The notes below the pieces were generated by a model. It was not told the origin of the DNA and did no database searches. It was given only the letters and a program-made list of their open reading frames with translations. From Carpediemonas membranifera BICM (Eukaryota > Protista > Fornicata), in the NCBI GenBank assembly GCA_019828565.1, contig JAHDYR010000062.1, positions 1-64,000 of the forward strand: a stretch of 64,000 nucleotides of DNA, read 5' to 3'. The translations under genes were made by a program, and so were the position numbers. Shown piece after piece: positions 35,909-48,149 of the stretch; the first letter of the stretch is position 1; each line of letters opens with the position of its first letter.

Positions 35909-37075
35909 CTCAGTCCTCACCCTCTTACCACTTGTCTCGATCTCTGAATCATCCTCTATTGTGTTGTCCGCATGCTTCTGCTTTTCGGGCGACTCATGGG
36001 TCACCGCCGCGGTTTGTCCGAGACCAAATGCCATTCTTGCAAACGCCATAAGGTCTGGCGGGAATGTACTGCTTGTCGTCAGAGCATTGTAGATCTCAGG
36101 ACGGATATCTTTCGCCGTTGAGTAAACCATGCACAGATGACTGTGAACAATGAGGGTGCTCAAGCCCCTGACTGTATCGTTATCCTTCGGGATCATTCGG
36201 TTCTTCAGCAAGGAAGTGAAGTCGGCGAAGTGGATGATGATGACACCAATGATGTTGTGGAACTTTGACATCATGCTTTCTGTCTCACCCATCAGTTTCA
36301 GACGCTCCACAACGTTGTTGTAGAAGGGGGTCTTCGTTATGTTAAGGCGTGTGGAAAGTGCACCTTGCTTGTTCGCCTGGACAAAGATCCTCTGCTGCTG
36401 AAGAGCCACTGAGAGCAGGGCGTCGCTGGGGGCCACGTTTTCGTTATACTTAATCTTCTGGCTTGACAAACAGTCGTAGAGACAAAGCTGGTAAGCAATC
36501 CAGGCCCGAATAACTCGGACGTTGTTCTCCTGGAATGAGTGTTCCAGCTCGTGAAGGGTCGACTCACTGGCGTTGAAACCATCCATCCCAGAGATATCGA
36601 TGGTAATGGCAGAGTTTTTCGGCACGCTGCGAATCCACGTTTCAAGGCTTGTCTCTTCCTGGCGGCTGAGGTTCTTGAGTGGTACGATGACCTGCTGTTG
36701 TGTCGGGGCAGGCGTACCAGCGCGTCGCGGCGCCAGCTGTCTCAGCTTCTTTGTCTGCACCTTCTTCTTCGCAGACTTGGTGGTCTTGGGCTGAAGCTTG
36801 GATGCAGGCTTGGCGGTTTCTCCTACCGCGACAGGCACATCTTCAATGGGCTCTTGGGGAATCTCCGCCAGGAGATCTAGCTCTTCATGATAGACGGGCT
36901 GTCGGCGAAGAGATCGCGCAAGAAACGGTCGAATGCTCTGTCAAACTCACCAGAAATGACCGCGGCGATCTTTCGGGCCTGTCTTTTGTTTCTTTCTGAT
37001 GGGACAGGGCCACAAGTAAGCTCAATAGCAGCAATAAGCTGCTGCAAATGCAGTTCTGACTCCAGAGTGTCCATT
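35906..37075 (-). CDS. Hypothetical protein flanked by the 468-bp repeats (one frameshift near 36880)
   Basis: An MDTLESE... ORF hands over to the 310-aa ORF; the stop codon overlaps the repeat edge. Confidence 0.6.
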
Positions 37076-37253
37076 GCTGCATAAGCTGCACATGAATCCA
37101 GCCTGGTCGATTCCTTCACGCGGCAGACAAGAAGAGAGACGTGCCAGGCATGGCACTCTCTCTGGCAATGGCAAGTCTTCAACGGGAAGCCGCGAACGCC
37201 TCGTTGATCTGTCTTGGCATTTGTTGAGGACAACACAGCTGTAAACGACAATC

Positions 37254-37721
37254 AGATGAAACAGAAGTAGCAAGCAATGTTTAATAACGTATGAACAGTC
37301 CTTTTGATGTTGTTTAGTGATTTTGTGCATTAACGACCGAGAACAGTGGAGTGCAACGCAGATGTTGGTTATTGATGGTAGATGGCGCGCTTTTGACGAC
37401 AGCTGGTTGCTTTTGCAGTATAAAAAACCGCATAGCTGCCACTAGTTCCTTCCAATAATGCTTTCCCGCCATTTTGAGGTTGGAATGAAATTCCAAGCAC
37501 CGTGCACTTTATGTAATTGCCCAATATCAACGCCACCCCCGCCCCCAGCGCCTCCACGCCCCACGCCAACGCCACCTCCGCCCCCTGGCGCTCAGTTCAG
37601 GAGATGTCCGATCGATAAGCCATAAACTGCACGGATCCACAAACGTGGATTGGCCTGAACGACAGCGCTGAGGCCCAAACAGGTGGTGAGACGTTAAAAA
37701 GACTCATTTGCAATCCATTTA
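37254..37721. repeat. 468-bp direct repeat, copy 2
   Basis: Near-identical to 35441-35908. Confidence 0.95.
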
Positions 37722-37740
37722 ACCACATCACTCTCTCTGA

Positions 37741-38343
37741 TCATTCATATTTGAAGGTTAGGGCATTAACAACCATGTGATCCTTCGCGCTGGAGTTAAG
37801 ACGATAAATGATGTAGTAGGTAAACTCTTCTTCATCAATCTTCTCGTCAACAAGCGCCTTATACCAAACCATGAACTCATTGGGAACGGTGACCATCACG
37901 AAGACAATCTTGCGTTCCATATCAGAGACACGGAAGGGGAAGTGCTGAGTCGCAAAGTCAGCTAGCGTCCTGCCGCTACAGGAAAGGGCGATCTTGCCCC
38001 AATGCAGGAACTCCAAGTGACGCTGCATGACGCTTGATGCTCGCTCAATGCTCGATACATGCTCGACACCACGAGAGGAAGATGATATTGTTCTCGTGAT
38101 GCTGTCCGTACCCGAGCACCGCACAACTCCGTCTCCATAGCTCTCCTGCAGAGCAGCCGTTTTCTCGTTGTAAATCGTCGCCGCGTTCTCTGTAGTTAGC
38201 CAGAACATCACAAATCGTTCCACACAGGAATCCTCGATCATGTTGATGCATTGACTTGCGGTCTCTATCTTAACACGCTTTATAGTGGTGTATAGAGCCG
38301 CAAGATGCTCAAATGCGATCCACTGTTGGCTGTCTGTCGTCAT
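37741..38343 (-). CDS. Hypothetical 200-aa protein
   Basis: Intact ATG ORF with protein-like composition. Confidence 0.6.
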   Translation of the reverse strand: MTTDSQQWIAFEHLAALYTTIKRVKIETASQCINMIEDSCVERFVMFWLTTENAATIYNEKTAALQESYGDGVVRCSGTDSITRTISSSSRGVEHVSSIERASSVMQRHLEFLHWGKIALSCSGRTLADFATQHFPFRVSDMERKIVFVMVTVPNEFMVWYKALVDEKIDEEEFTYYIIYRLNSSAKDHMVVNALTFKYE

Positions 38344-38602
38344 CGTTCAAATCCGATGTGCAGGTTATGGAACAGAGAGCGAGTTTCGCAATTGTGAGTG
38401 ACAACAGGAATGCACACTATCATGATCCCGCATGTTGCTACAGATGGATCAGAGGAAGAGGAGAACATTACAATGTCTTTAGATGATTACGAGAAATTGA
38501 TGTCTCTGAAAAAGCTCTCTAAGGAGGATAGAGAGCAGTTCCTCGGTGCAGGTGGCAAGAAGGCGGACTCTGAGCATGCAGGCGAAGAACTACTTGAGAT
38601 AC

Positions 38603-38965
38603 CTAGCGCGAAACCGGAGGCTGCCATACCACAGTGCTAGTGGTACCTGATGCTGCCTGTAGGTTGTCCTGCAGCCTTGATAGGTTGATCTCGCCGAAGT
38701 CCTTGAGGAACACACCCTTGACCTTACCCTCGGTGTTGATCTGGTAAGACGAGGGGGTGAGTCCATCCAGAGCGTGGATAAGGGCATGACGAAGAGAACA
38801 AGCCATCGCTTGCTTCTTCTTGTTGAGAGCTCGGACATCATCTGGCAGAATAGCCCAGCACACCTCTGAAACCGCAACAGGCATGGCTTGAGCACAATCG
38901 CGTTGAAAGTAGAATACTTCTTTTGCAATTGCAATCAGGATTTCTCGTTTTTGGGTCTTTTCCAT
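38603..38965 (-). CDS. Hypothetical 120-aa protein
   Basis: ATG ORF; its upstream region and first 10 codons are duplicated in inverted orientation at 60.6-61.0 kb. Confidence 0.5.
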   Translation of the reverse strand: MEKTQKREILIAIAKEVFYFQRDCAQAMPVAVSEVCWAILPDDVRALNKKKQAMACSLRHALIHALDGLTPSSYQINTEGKVKGVFLKDFGEINLSRLQDNLQAASGTTSTVVWQPPVSR

Positions 38966-39484
38966 GATGCCTGTATGTGCACTTTAAGGTTGAAGATTGC
39001 TCACACAATTTGACTTTTCTTTATCGAATGGGATAAAGTTGAAGTAAATAAAGTACTATTCCGTTGCTAGGACAGCAAGGGGATGTTACAGTAGGAGTTT
39101 CAACACTTTTTGAGAGGATACCCCTCAGAGGTGACAGTGCAACACCCGAAATTTTGTCTATACACGTCATATACAAGGTCTAATGCATCTTTGCCAACCA
39201 CTTTTAGCGTTTGTATGTGTCAGACGATCGAGTTCTGAAGAGCGACTTTGGCCAAGTCATGCGACCTTATCCTGCACTGACGATACGGAAAACGATCATA
39301 AATATTTTTTGTGACATCGACATGCGCTAATAATGTGTCCAGAGGTAGAACTAGGCTAGTAGAAGACTGTCACCCACTTTGGGGATGATCCGACGACACC
39401 GATCAAAATCAATCAAGGATTCCGGGACTTGATTCTGGGACTTTAAGTCCCGGTTAGAGTACCGGAAAACGCAGCATGGCATAC
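38936..39484. repeat. Inverted dispersed repeat, copy 1
   Basis: 38936-39307 is nearly identical to the reverse complement of 60622-60993; more diverged homology continues to about 39484/60445. Confidence 0.9.
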
Positions 39485-42400
39485 TGCAGTGGAGCGCCCT
39501 TTCCAACGGGTCGCCGTCGACACGGTGAAGCTGTTCCCCGAGAGAACGAAGACGGGTGTCTACCGGTATCTACTAGTGATGGTGGACATGTCCAGTCGGT
39601 GGGTAGAGCTTGCCCCCTTGATGACTCTCTCGGCAGCTGAGGCGGCAAGGGCTTTTGTCAACACGTGGGTGTTACGCTTTGGGGTTCCAAAGACCCTGCA
39701 GTCTGACGGTGGGACACAGTTCCGCAACTCAATCTTTTCGGGTCTCGCAGATCGGATCGGATTTGTGACTCACTATACCACCCCATATCACCCTCAGTCC
39801 AATGGTATAGTCGAGCGTGCCAACAGTTTGGTCGAGCGGATCTTGCGTGCCCGTCGCTATCATATCGCGTCAAATGAATGGATCGATAGCATCCCGATCG
39901 CCCAGTGGTTGCTCAATAATACCGCGAGAGTACCAACTCGGTTGACGCCGGCTGAAATTGTCTACGGGTTCTCGCCTGTTCGTTGTCCAGAAGAGGTTGT
40001 GTTCATACCGAGCGCGACTGATGTTATTAGCGAGGGTCAGGAAACCTGGCTGGCCGACGCCGCAGCATGCCGACACATCGCGGCCGAGAGGATTAAGGCA
40101 TCAGTCCTTTTCTCGCAGTCTGGACCAGACCCGCGGCCTGAGGTCACCTCCCCTCTCGTATTGGTGGTCTATCCCGAGCGCCCCCCGGATAAGCTGGCAG
40201 CAGGCCTCCGGGGCCCGATGAGACGTGTCGAGAATCACCATCAGCACAGCCGCCTGGTGGCCTATACGGTGGAAGACATGGTGACGGGTGTACGGTCCCG
40301 TGTGGACGCGTCACGAGTTCTGCCGTTTGAGGCCGGGAATTTGACTGATGAAGCGATCGCGAGGTTGTCGACGGTGATTGCTGCAGATTACATCTCTGAA
40401 CGGATTGTGGAATGTTCAGGTGACGGCGATGTTGAAGACATGACTTATCTGGTTGAATGGCGCGGTTACGAACAGGAAGAGGCAACATGGGAGCCATTCG
40501 TGAACTTAGATGGGAATAACTTGTTCCAAGACTTCTTGGATGCAAGAGAAGAAAGAAGAAAGAAATTTATGATGCTTGGATTCTGACCCCGGGCTGAGCT
40601 TGTTTCCCGTTGTCTTGGAGCTGAGTGTGTGAAGCGAACTGTTTATAGGTAAACCGTCTAAAGGTAAAAATGGTCTAAACTACCGTGACAAGTGCCCCGG
40701 GGTACTGCCTATTTCCCGTGGCAAACTGGTCAGCAGCGTTTGCCTTGGGCTTTCGGTGCTACTGTCTCCGCGGAAAGCCGATTCCAATCACCCCAGAGGC
40801 CCTGTGGCCATCTCCGTGCAATTATGCTTTCCTGTCTCCCTGAGAGTTCGGCAACTATCCGGGGAGCCTGGGGGTCTGTCCTCGGGGCATTGACAGGCAG
40901 GATCGTCCTGCAGGACCTTGACTATGACACTCCTTGCTTCCCTGCAGTCCTTGTAGAGCCGTTCAGCCACGGCACCCTCTCGTCTGTCCGGTTCCCCAAT
41001 TCCATGCCCCCTCGACTCTGTTAAGAAGCCTACCCGAAGGCGGGGAAAGTGACTAAGTCCATGCTGTCTACCCCGGTTAGGTGGCGTGGGTCAGGGCATG
41101 GGTGGTGTACCCCCAGGCACTGGGCCTGGTTGTCCTGTTACCCCTTACAACATTTCGCTTGCACTACATGTCCTTGGTTTCCCATGTCGTTAACAAGGGC
41201 GGCAGGGGCACCTGTGCCCCTCCGACCCCCGTGGCCAGTCCCTGCAGTTTCCTTGGGGTCCCAACGAGTGAGGCACTGACAGATGCTCGGAGCCGTCGGA
41301 GCTTACTCAGTGTAGCTGGCTCCATGAACTGACAAGAGAAAGCGGTATGGTGCCGTAATCTGGATAGAAAATAAGTTGTTTTGGCCGTGGAATATCGATT
41401 CCAAACGGCGTTTCTACCAAAACGTTCTATCTGGCTCGTTCTGAGCACATAAAATGCTCGCGACTGGTTCATGGCCTTTGGAGGCCCTAGCGCGGAATAC
41501 TCTACTAATATGCAACCTGCTGTCGCTACTGGACATGTTGTGCGCGGTCTGAGACATGTTTTGACCAACCAAGACACGACAAGAATTCGTTTGTGTTTGA
41601 GAAGACTGATGTTGATTATATCACTCGCTAGCACCGCAGGACGTTTGATTCTCATCTCCCCGGGAACAATGATATCATTGTGGTCATCCTACGGCAACTA
41701 ACGAGTGTTAAACCATTTAGAGCTGAAACTGGGTCTTATCCTGCGGGTGCAGGATAAGTACCCGATGATAAATAGATGAGCGGATGACAGGGCCAAGACG
41801 GCGACCCGGTACAGGCTGCGGCGGGCCAGGCTCTGGCCGCAGCCGAGAGCGCGGGAGAGCGAGGACAGGGTCTCCGGGGTGACGTACCTGTTTGAGCCGT
41901 TGCCCTTGAGATCGAAAACGCCGGCGTCAACGGCGTCGCGGACTATGCCGGAGTCGGTTTCGGCACGGCTGCGAGACGCCTCCCGCAGGAAGCGGAGCGC
42001 ACGATGCTCTCGCTGGAGCTGGACCAGCAGGCCGGCTGACAGATCGAGCAAGCCGCCTGCGTCCTTGCTCCACAGCGTGCCGGTGGAGAGGTGATCGAAG
42101 ATCCCTTCGAGGGGCACCTCAACGAAGTTAACGTAGCCAGCCAAGCACCGTCGAACCACATCGGCGAGCTGGTCTGCCTGCTTCGTGAAGCATCCCTCCA
42201 TCACACCCCCCACCGGCACACGGCAGAGCTCCCGAGCGGAAGTTGCCGGCACGGTGAAGATCCTAGGTAAGAAGAACAGAGGCGCACAAACCGCATCATG
42301 GGCATCTGGGAGGCATTCCCGCCGCTCTTGCGGATGGCCCTCTTCTGCAGGGCGCTCATCGCGCGGGCCTTATAGCGTTGCGTCCGAGCAATCGTCGCAA

Positions 42401-43273
42401 GGGCATTTTCGAGCACCTTGCGATAATCGTCATCAGTTAACTCCATCGAAAGCTCACGAATTTGGTCGAGCGCACGCGTATCCGCCATGTTTGGCCGCTT
42501 TTCCTCAGGAAAAAGCGACATATCCTGCACTTTTCCCAAATGACGAATGGAAGTGCCCATAGTGATCCCCATGACGGACTATTCACAATATTTATATCTC
42601 AAACACAGTCCACGAGACTTCTACCGTCCGTGGAGCAGTGCTTATGATGTTGGTTAACTTTCGGTACAGCGCAGAACAAAAAGAGCCAGAACTCGCCAAC
42701 GAAGCCGAATTGGGGCTCGAAAACCCCTTTTTCGGGCACTGTGTAAGAATGGGGCGGATCAGCCCAACGTACCAGAACTTTCTGTATGAGCGATGGCGAA
42801 ATGCCTAAAAATGCTCGGGGCGAGAATTCCCGAGCCGAGCGCGAGCCCCAGAGTGCCCGCGAGGGGGCGGGGCTGTGGTACGTCCTTTTTATACTTATAC
42901 AGGAGCTCCTGAACCCATATCTTAATTAGCAGCGCTGCATAGATCTTTTCCGAATCTTTTTGATATCATCCTCGAATCTTTCTGTCACACCTTACTACGC
43001 GTAATACCTCACTGGGAGGTTGCAATGAGACGTAATTCCAGAAGTTGGTTGTCGTTGTCCCGCCGATAATTCCAATAGTGGTTCGGCATGAGCGAGCGTA
43101 ATCCCAAGTTCGATTGGTGGCTCTAGCCCCACGTAATACCAGATGTTGGTTGTGGTGATGGCCGCACGACTGCTTGGCCATGGGGGGGAAGTGTAGTCAA
43201 TAATAGTATCTACCAATATCCCCTGAGGGGTGATACCTCTTTTACCTGTAAACTCTTTCTCTTCCAAACCACA
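39477..43273 (+). mobile_element. 5'-truncated Ty3/gypsy element C, sister of element A
   Basis: Integrase core plus chromodomain ORF 39489-40586; antisense cargo homolog; PPT and 82-bp 3' LTR at 43192-43273 (TG..CA). Confidence 0.88.
41780..42572 (-). pseudogene. Truncated antisense cargo gene of element C, intron 42263-42291
   Basis: Clear protein homology to 25030-26201 and a 29-nt GTTTGT..TTACCTAG intron at the same position and phase. The 3' part is replaced by unrelated sequence. Confidence 0.75.
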
Positions 43274-46200
43274 GTAGGAGTGGATGGTGCGGACCATGTC
43301 CAGGATGAAGGGTCCAGCGATGGCGGCGCGGATGTACGCCTTCTTGGGCGGGCGGGGACCAGCAGCAGCCTTGAGTGTTTTGCGAAGGGTCGCTGCGACT
43401 GTGTCCAAGTTCGCTCCGTCGACGCCGAGGTTGAGAATCACGGCGTCCACGTCATACAGGTCGTACTGCCGGGCTTTCCACTGAGACTGCTTGTTATAGT
43501 CTCTGCTGCTCATCGAGATGCACGTAGGTGCCGCTTCGCCAGTAGCCTTGCAGTGTTCATGCGTACTGCAGATATCCTGATGACTTCGCCCTGTATAGCG
43601 TCGTGTCGTGTCCGATGTCGGTTGTAGCTTCGGTTACAACAATCGGCAGCGTGCCACCAGTCAGGCTTCTCTGTCGCACGGATGTCAGCTCGTCCGTGAA
43701 GTGGTGGATGCCGACGCCGGCTCTCCGCCCCCTGCCTGGTTCCTTCGATCGACGGAGGCATGAGGGGCACACCCTCTTGCCGTTCACCACGTGGTGGCCG
43801 AGGGCTGCCGGTGCCAGTCCCGTCGCCAGCCGCATCGCAGCCAGCCTGGCCCCCATCTCGACAACGTTGCGGAACTCGCCCACCAGGAGGCACCTGGTGA
43901 GCTCCTTCGTGTGGGTGTAGGGCTGCGTCTTCCGCCACTCGTCGTACATGGATTCGTTGCGGGCTGCCTGACCTCCACCTGCCTTCGTCGGTCTCTTCTC
44001 GCCCTCCATCATGCCGGCGACCCAATCTGTCCGAGGGTCGGTGTCGTCTCCCGTGTATGGCTCGATGAAGTTGGGCTCGGCGACTCCCAGGCCGATGAGG
44101 TCACTCCGGCTCCCCCAGTAGGCGGCATACCAGCTTGCTGCAGTTCGAATGAACCCCAGCCCACCGTCACGCACCTTCAGGAACATCTGATCCGTGAGGG
44201 AAGCCCGTCCCCCGCGCACGTGGAGGATGTCAGCAACGAAGTCTGCCTGCGCCCGGTCCAGCCTGTCGGCCATCTCGTGGTTTGGTGGGGTGCCTCGGAA
44301 CATCAAGTTGAGGCTGGGGATTGTGCCCTTCACCACCATCTCGTAGGCGTGCACTGTCCTCTCAGCTTCGGTGCCGAGCGAGTGTTCATCCACCAGTGTC
44401 TTGATGGCGATCAGCTCTTCCTCGAAGGCGCGGACCTGCTCCTCCTGCCACGACCTCACGAACTCGTCCGGGCCGATGGGGACCCCAACGAAGACTGCCC
44501 TGTCTGTAATCTCGACGGGCCCGAGGTCTGCGGTCACTGCTGCGGGGTCGACGCAGAGTACTTTCGTCTTCCTCAGGTTGACGCTGAGACCGAGCCTCGC
44601 CGCCGCCGTCTTCAGCCGCTCGATCTCGTCTGCGATGTGGTTCGGGTCGACCACCATGCAGCACAGGTCGTCCAGGTATGCCTGTCGCTCGATGTCCGAC
44701 ATGTCTCCCGCCGTCTCCTCCGTGATGATGTCGAGAACCACCCGCATGGTGAGGCTAAAGAAGAGGGGCCCCAGTGGGTCCCCCTGCTGCACCCCAGTCT
44801 TCGATGCCGCCGCCATAACTCTGCCAGACGGGTGTTCGTACAGGAGCGGGGCTGACCGTTGGTAGTACAGGTCGAAGTACGGCAAGAGGAGGGGGTACAC
44901 CTGTCTGATCATGTCCCGGATCGGCTCCCTTGAGACGGAGTTGAATGCGTTTGTGAAATCCGCCAGGAGGATGTACCTCTCTTCGGTGTACGCCTTCTGT
45001 ACCCGGTCAACGATCCTCTCGATGCCGCAGCTCTCACCCAGTCCATATTGGCCGGGCAGGTACGTGGCTGGGGACGCGATGCCACATGCCTTCTTCGCCA
45101 ACAGCTTGCCTGTCAGACGCCTGTACGTCTCGCCAATGGCGATGGGTCTGGCCTTCCCCTCGCCCTTGTGGAGGAGGGTAAAGATGGCCCCGCGCGTGCA
45201 CTGTGCCGAGCTCTTCCCCTCTGCGATGTCCTTCATGATGGCTGTGATCGAGTCCCAGAAGCCGTCCTGCGGGGGCGACTCGCCCGTGTCGTCGCTCCAT
45301 CTGTTACCGCCCTTTCGGGCCATCTCCGCCAGCGTCCGGACCGAGGTTCCTGAGGGCCCTGCGCATGACTCCCGGTTCATCTTCCGGAAGGTTGCCGCCG
45401 CGTCCTCCTTCGTTATCTCAGGCGCCGTGACTCGGTTGCCCGCTGTGTCGAGTCGCTGCCTGGTCGTCGTCGGGATGGGGACTCGTGGGAGGCTGGCCGG
45501 GTCGGGGTGGAGCCTCTGGATCTCCGCCTCTGCCTCCTCCACTGTGAGCGCGTCGTGGTCGGGCGCTATGAGGGCTCGGCGAGCTTTGCCTAGGAGCCCC
45601 TGCTGGCACAGTTTGAATGCCCTGGCGACCTTCGACTGCGCCGTCCTGACCTGCGACGATGCGAGGCCCACTGCTCTCGTGACGTACGGTGCAAGGAGGA
45701 CCTGCCTCGTGGCCTGCCTCTTTGACTCACCCGACGCCGACTTCATCTCCTCGAGCTGCTCCACGAGGTGTCGGCGTGCTTCCTTGGCTCCCACGGCCGA
45801 GAGATGCTGCTTCCCCATGAAGAGGGATGAGTTAGGGTTCGCCGGCAGGACGAAGTCGTGTTCGTTGGGCAGTTGACCGCCTGCGACCGGGTGCATGGTC
45901 TGGTCGACCGTCGCTGCTGTGTCCCTGTCTCGGCGTTCCGTCCGGTCGGTCCCTGCCGATTCTTCCGGAAGCGTCTCGCCTGGCGAGTCTCTCAGCTCCC
46001 GGAGCCTGTCGATTGCCTGGCCGAATGGGGCCTCCTGACCCGCGTCCGACTGCGTACCATGGCACCACTCGAGGTGTTTGACGAACGTTCTGTTCTGGGT
46101 GGACGGCTTGACGGTCCAGCCGCAGCGAGTGCACATGTGGAGGTGACTCCAGCTCTGGCCTGACGAGGAGTTCCCAACCTTCATCGCCTGCGGTAGGCGG

Positions 46201-46560
46201 TCCTGGTGCCTGGTGAAGATGGATCTCAGGAGGTCACGAATCTCCCTGAGCTGCGCAGCGCGGTCGGTGGCCTCGTCGCTGAGGATGACCTTCGCCAGGA
46301 TGGCCCTGTGCTGGGCCGCGCTCATGAGGGCTGCCTCACATGGGAGCTGCGCCCCGTCGTCCTGGCTGGCTGTTGGCTCTTCTTCGACGCCGTCGGCGCA
46401 CTCGGCTAGCTCATCGTGGGCGTCCACCGCCTCCAGCTGGACTTCTGCCGGCTCAGCCTGCCCTGTCGCGGGCTCAGCCCGAGGGTCTACTGGCGCCGGG
46501 ACCTCCGACAGGCGGACTTCCGGCGGCCAGTTGTGGGACGAGAGAGGGCAGGCTTCATTG
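43274..46560 (-). mobile_element. CRE/SLACS-like (RLE-type) non-LTR retrotransposon, defective
   Basis: C2H2 finger, RPIAIGE, DFTNAFN, GVQQGDPLGP, YLDD, GGLG, CxxC..H..C plus RHD, and a K..Y RLE tail. The PD motif is lost between 'EVIR' and 'DICST'; frameshifts present. Confidence 0.88.
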
Positions 46561-46625
46561 AATTCATTACGTAAATATGCTTTATCCTGCTCGCTATCTT
46601 CAGCGAGCTCGTTTCGCTCGGCTAG

Positions 46626-47867
46626 ATGAACGTGAAGCATTATAATGAGGACAATGAGAACTTTTTAGACCCGGACAATGTGATGGAGGGCCTCATTGGC
46701 ACCCGTCGCTCGAAGAAACGCGGACGCAAGCTCGGTCTTGTTCTCTGCTGTTGTTGCAGCTGTTGTTGCTGCCTTTGCAACCTCCTGGTACTGCTATGCA
46801 TCTGCATGATCGTCTGCTGGGTCCGTTCCGGCGTTATGGACAACTACGATGACCCATTCACATATAGCTTCACTGGCGCAGGTCTTACCAACAACGCCAC
46901 CGTTAACCTGACAGTCACGAACCCATACGGCGAGTTCGTGCTGAAGACCGGTCCCAGCGGTGAGAACAGCAACCTGGATGTTACCTACAGCGTCCAGTGC
47001 AACTACCTGCTCAGCTTCCTGGCCTTCATCCCGGACACCCGGACGGAGGTCGGCACAGACGACAGCGTGCACGTGACTATCGATACCCAGAAGTGGTCTA
47101 CACGCCTCCTTCAGAACTTCATGTGTCTCCGCATCTCCATCTTCGTGACGGTCCCTGAATACCACCCCATTGGCGAGCTCTACGTCTCTAACCCGACCGG
47201 GGAGATGCATATCAGTACAGGGATGACCAATGGAGCTGATTCAGTCAAATTGCGGACCTCAACCTGCAAGATCCAGGTCCACAACCTGAGGGCGAACGAC
47301 CTCGACTGCCACTCGCTCAGGGGAGATATCGTGCTGGCTGAGACTGGCATTGACGGGTACACGGTCACCAACGGCATCGTCGCCAACAACCTGACCCTCA
47401 CGACCGAGACGGGCAGCGTCAAGGTTTGGAACGCCATCTGTGATAGTGTCGGCGGCGGGTGTCTTGACGTTGACTGGCCGTACGAAGCCTCTACCCAGCT
47501 CGGCGTCCTCAAGTGGGAGTTTGACGACAGCATTAGCGACGCCAACTCGGTTCCATCCATCAAGAACGTCGTCAAGTCAACCTCAACTGACCTCTTCGTT
47601 GATGAGATCGTTTCCATCAATGGTCTGGCCAGCATATTCCAGAATCACACCTTCTACCTCCATACCGAGAACGTGCCGTGGCTGTCGATCACCGGTGGAC
47701 CTGAGGTGACTGTGCCGGCCGACCAGGACGTCTACTACATCGCAGACAAGAGCTATGAGAAGTACGGGTGCTTCAAGAGCACTGAGGCCGAGTGTGAGGC
47801 GCTGACCAAGGTGATATATGCCTCCACGGCGTACCGCAAGCTGGCACTCACCCTTCGGGAGGAGTAG
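46626..47867 (+). CDS. Type II membrane protein with Cys cluster and adhesin-like (DUF4097-like) beta repeats
   Basis: Basic patch, poly-Cys and a TM helix, then repeats like 'VKLRTSTCKIQV', 'SLRGDIVL', 'LTTETGSVKV'. Confidence 0.7.
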   Translation: MNVKHYNEDNENFLDPDNVMEGLIGTRRSKKRGRKLGLVLCCCCSCCCCLCNLLVLLCICMIVCWVRSGVMDNYDDPFTYSFTGAGLTNNATVNLTVTNPYGEFVLKTGPSGENSNLDVTYSVQCNYLLSFLAFIPDTRTEVGTDDSVHVTIDTQKWSTRLLQNFMCLRISIFVTVPEYHPIGELYVSNPTGEMHISTGMTNGADSVKLRTSTCKIQVHNLRANDLDCHSLRGDIVLAETGIDGYTVTNGIVANNLTLTTETGSVKVWNAICDSVGGGCLDVDWPYEASTQLGVLKWEFDDSISDANSVPSIKNVVKSTSTDLFVDEIVSINGLASIFQNHTFYLHTENVPWLSITGGPEVTVPADQDVYYIADKSYEKYGCFKSTEAECEALTKVIYASTAYRKLALTLREE

Positions 47868-48149
47868 GCGGGTTTGATCATAAAATAGACAACATAGGAA
47901 TGGCCGAGATATATGTATGGCACAGTGGATTGCATACAGTGCGATTTTATTATGGTGGTGCCATGATTGATTTGCTGGCACCCCAGCCCTCGGAACAATG
48001 AGTGAGTCAAAATATATCTGCAGCAGGTAGGGCCGATTCGCTGGGTCACACCCGACTGGTGTTGGGCCGGCCGTATCTCTAGATCCTGTGTATTCACTGC
48101 GTCCAGATTCGTCCGGCTGGAACTTTGGAGACGTTTGACAATCACCGCA

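Noticed and set aside
42995-43513. 172-aa ORF suggesting the LTR derives from non-LTR coding sequence
   Set aside because: It is a chance read-through from the CRE-like ORF tail into element C's 3' LTR at the junction 43273/43274.
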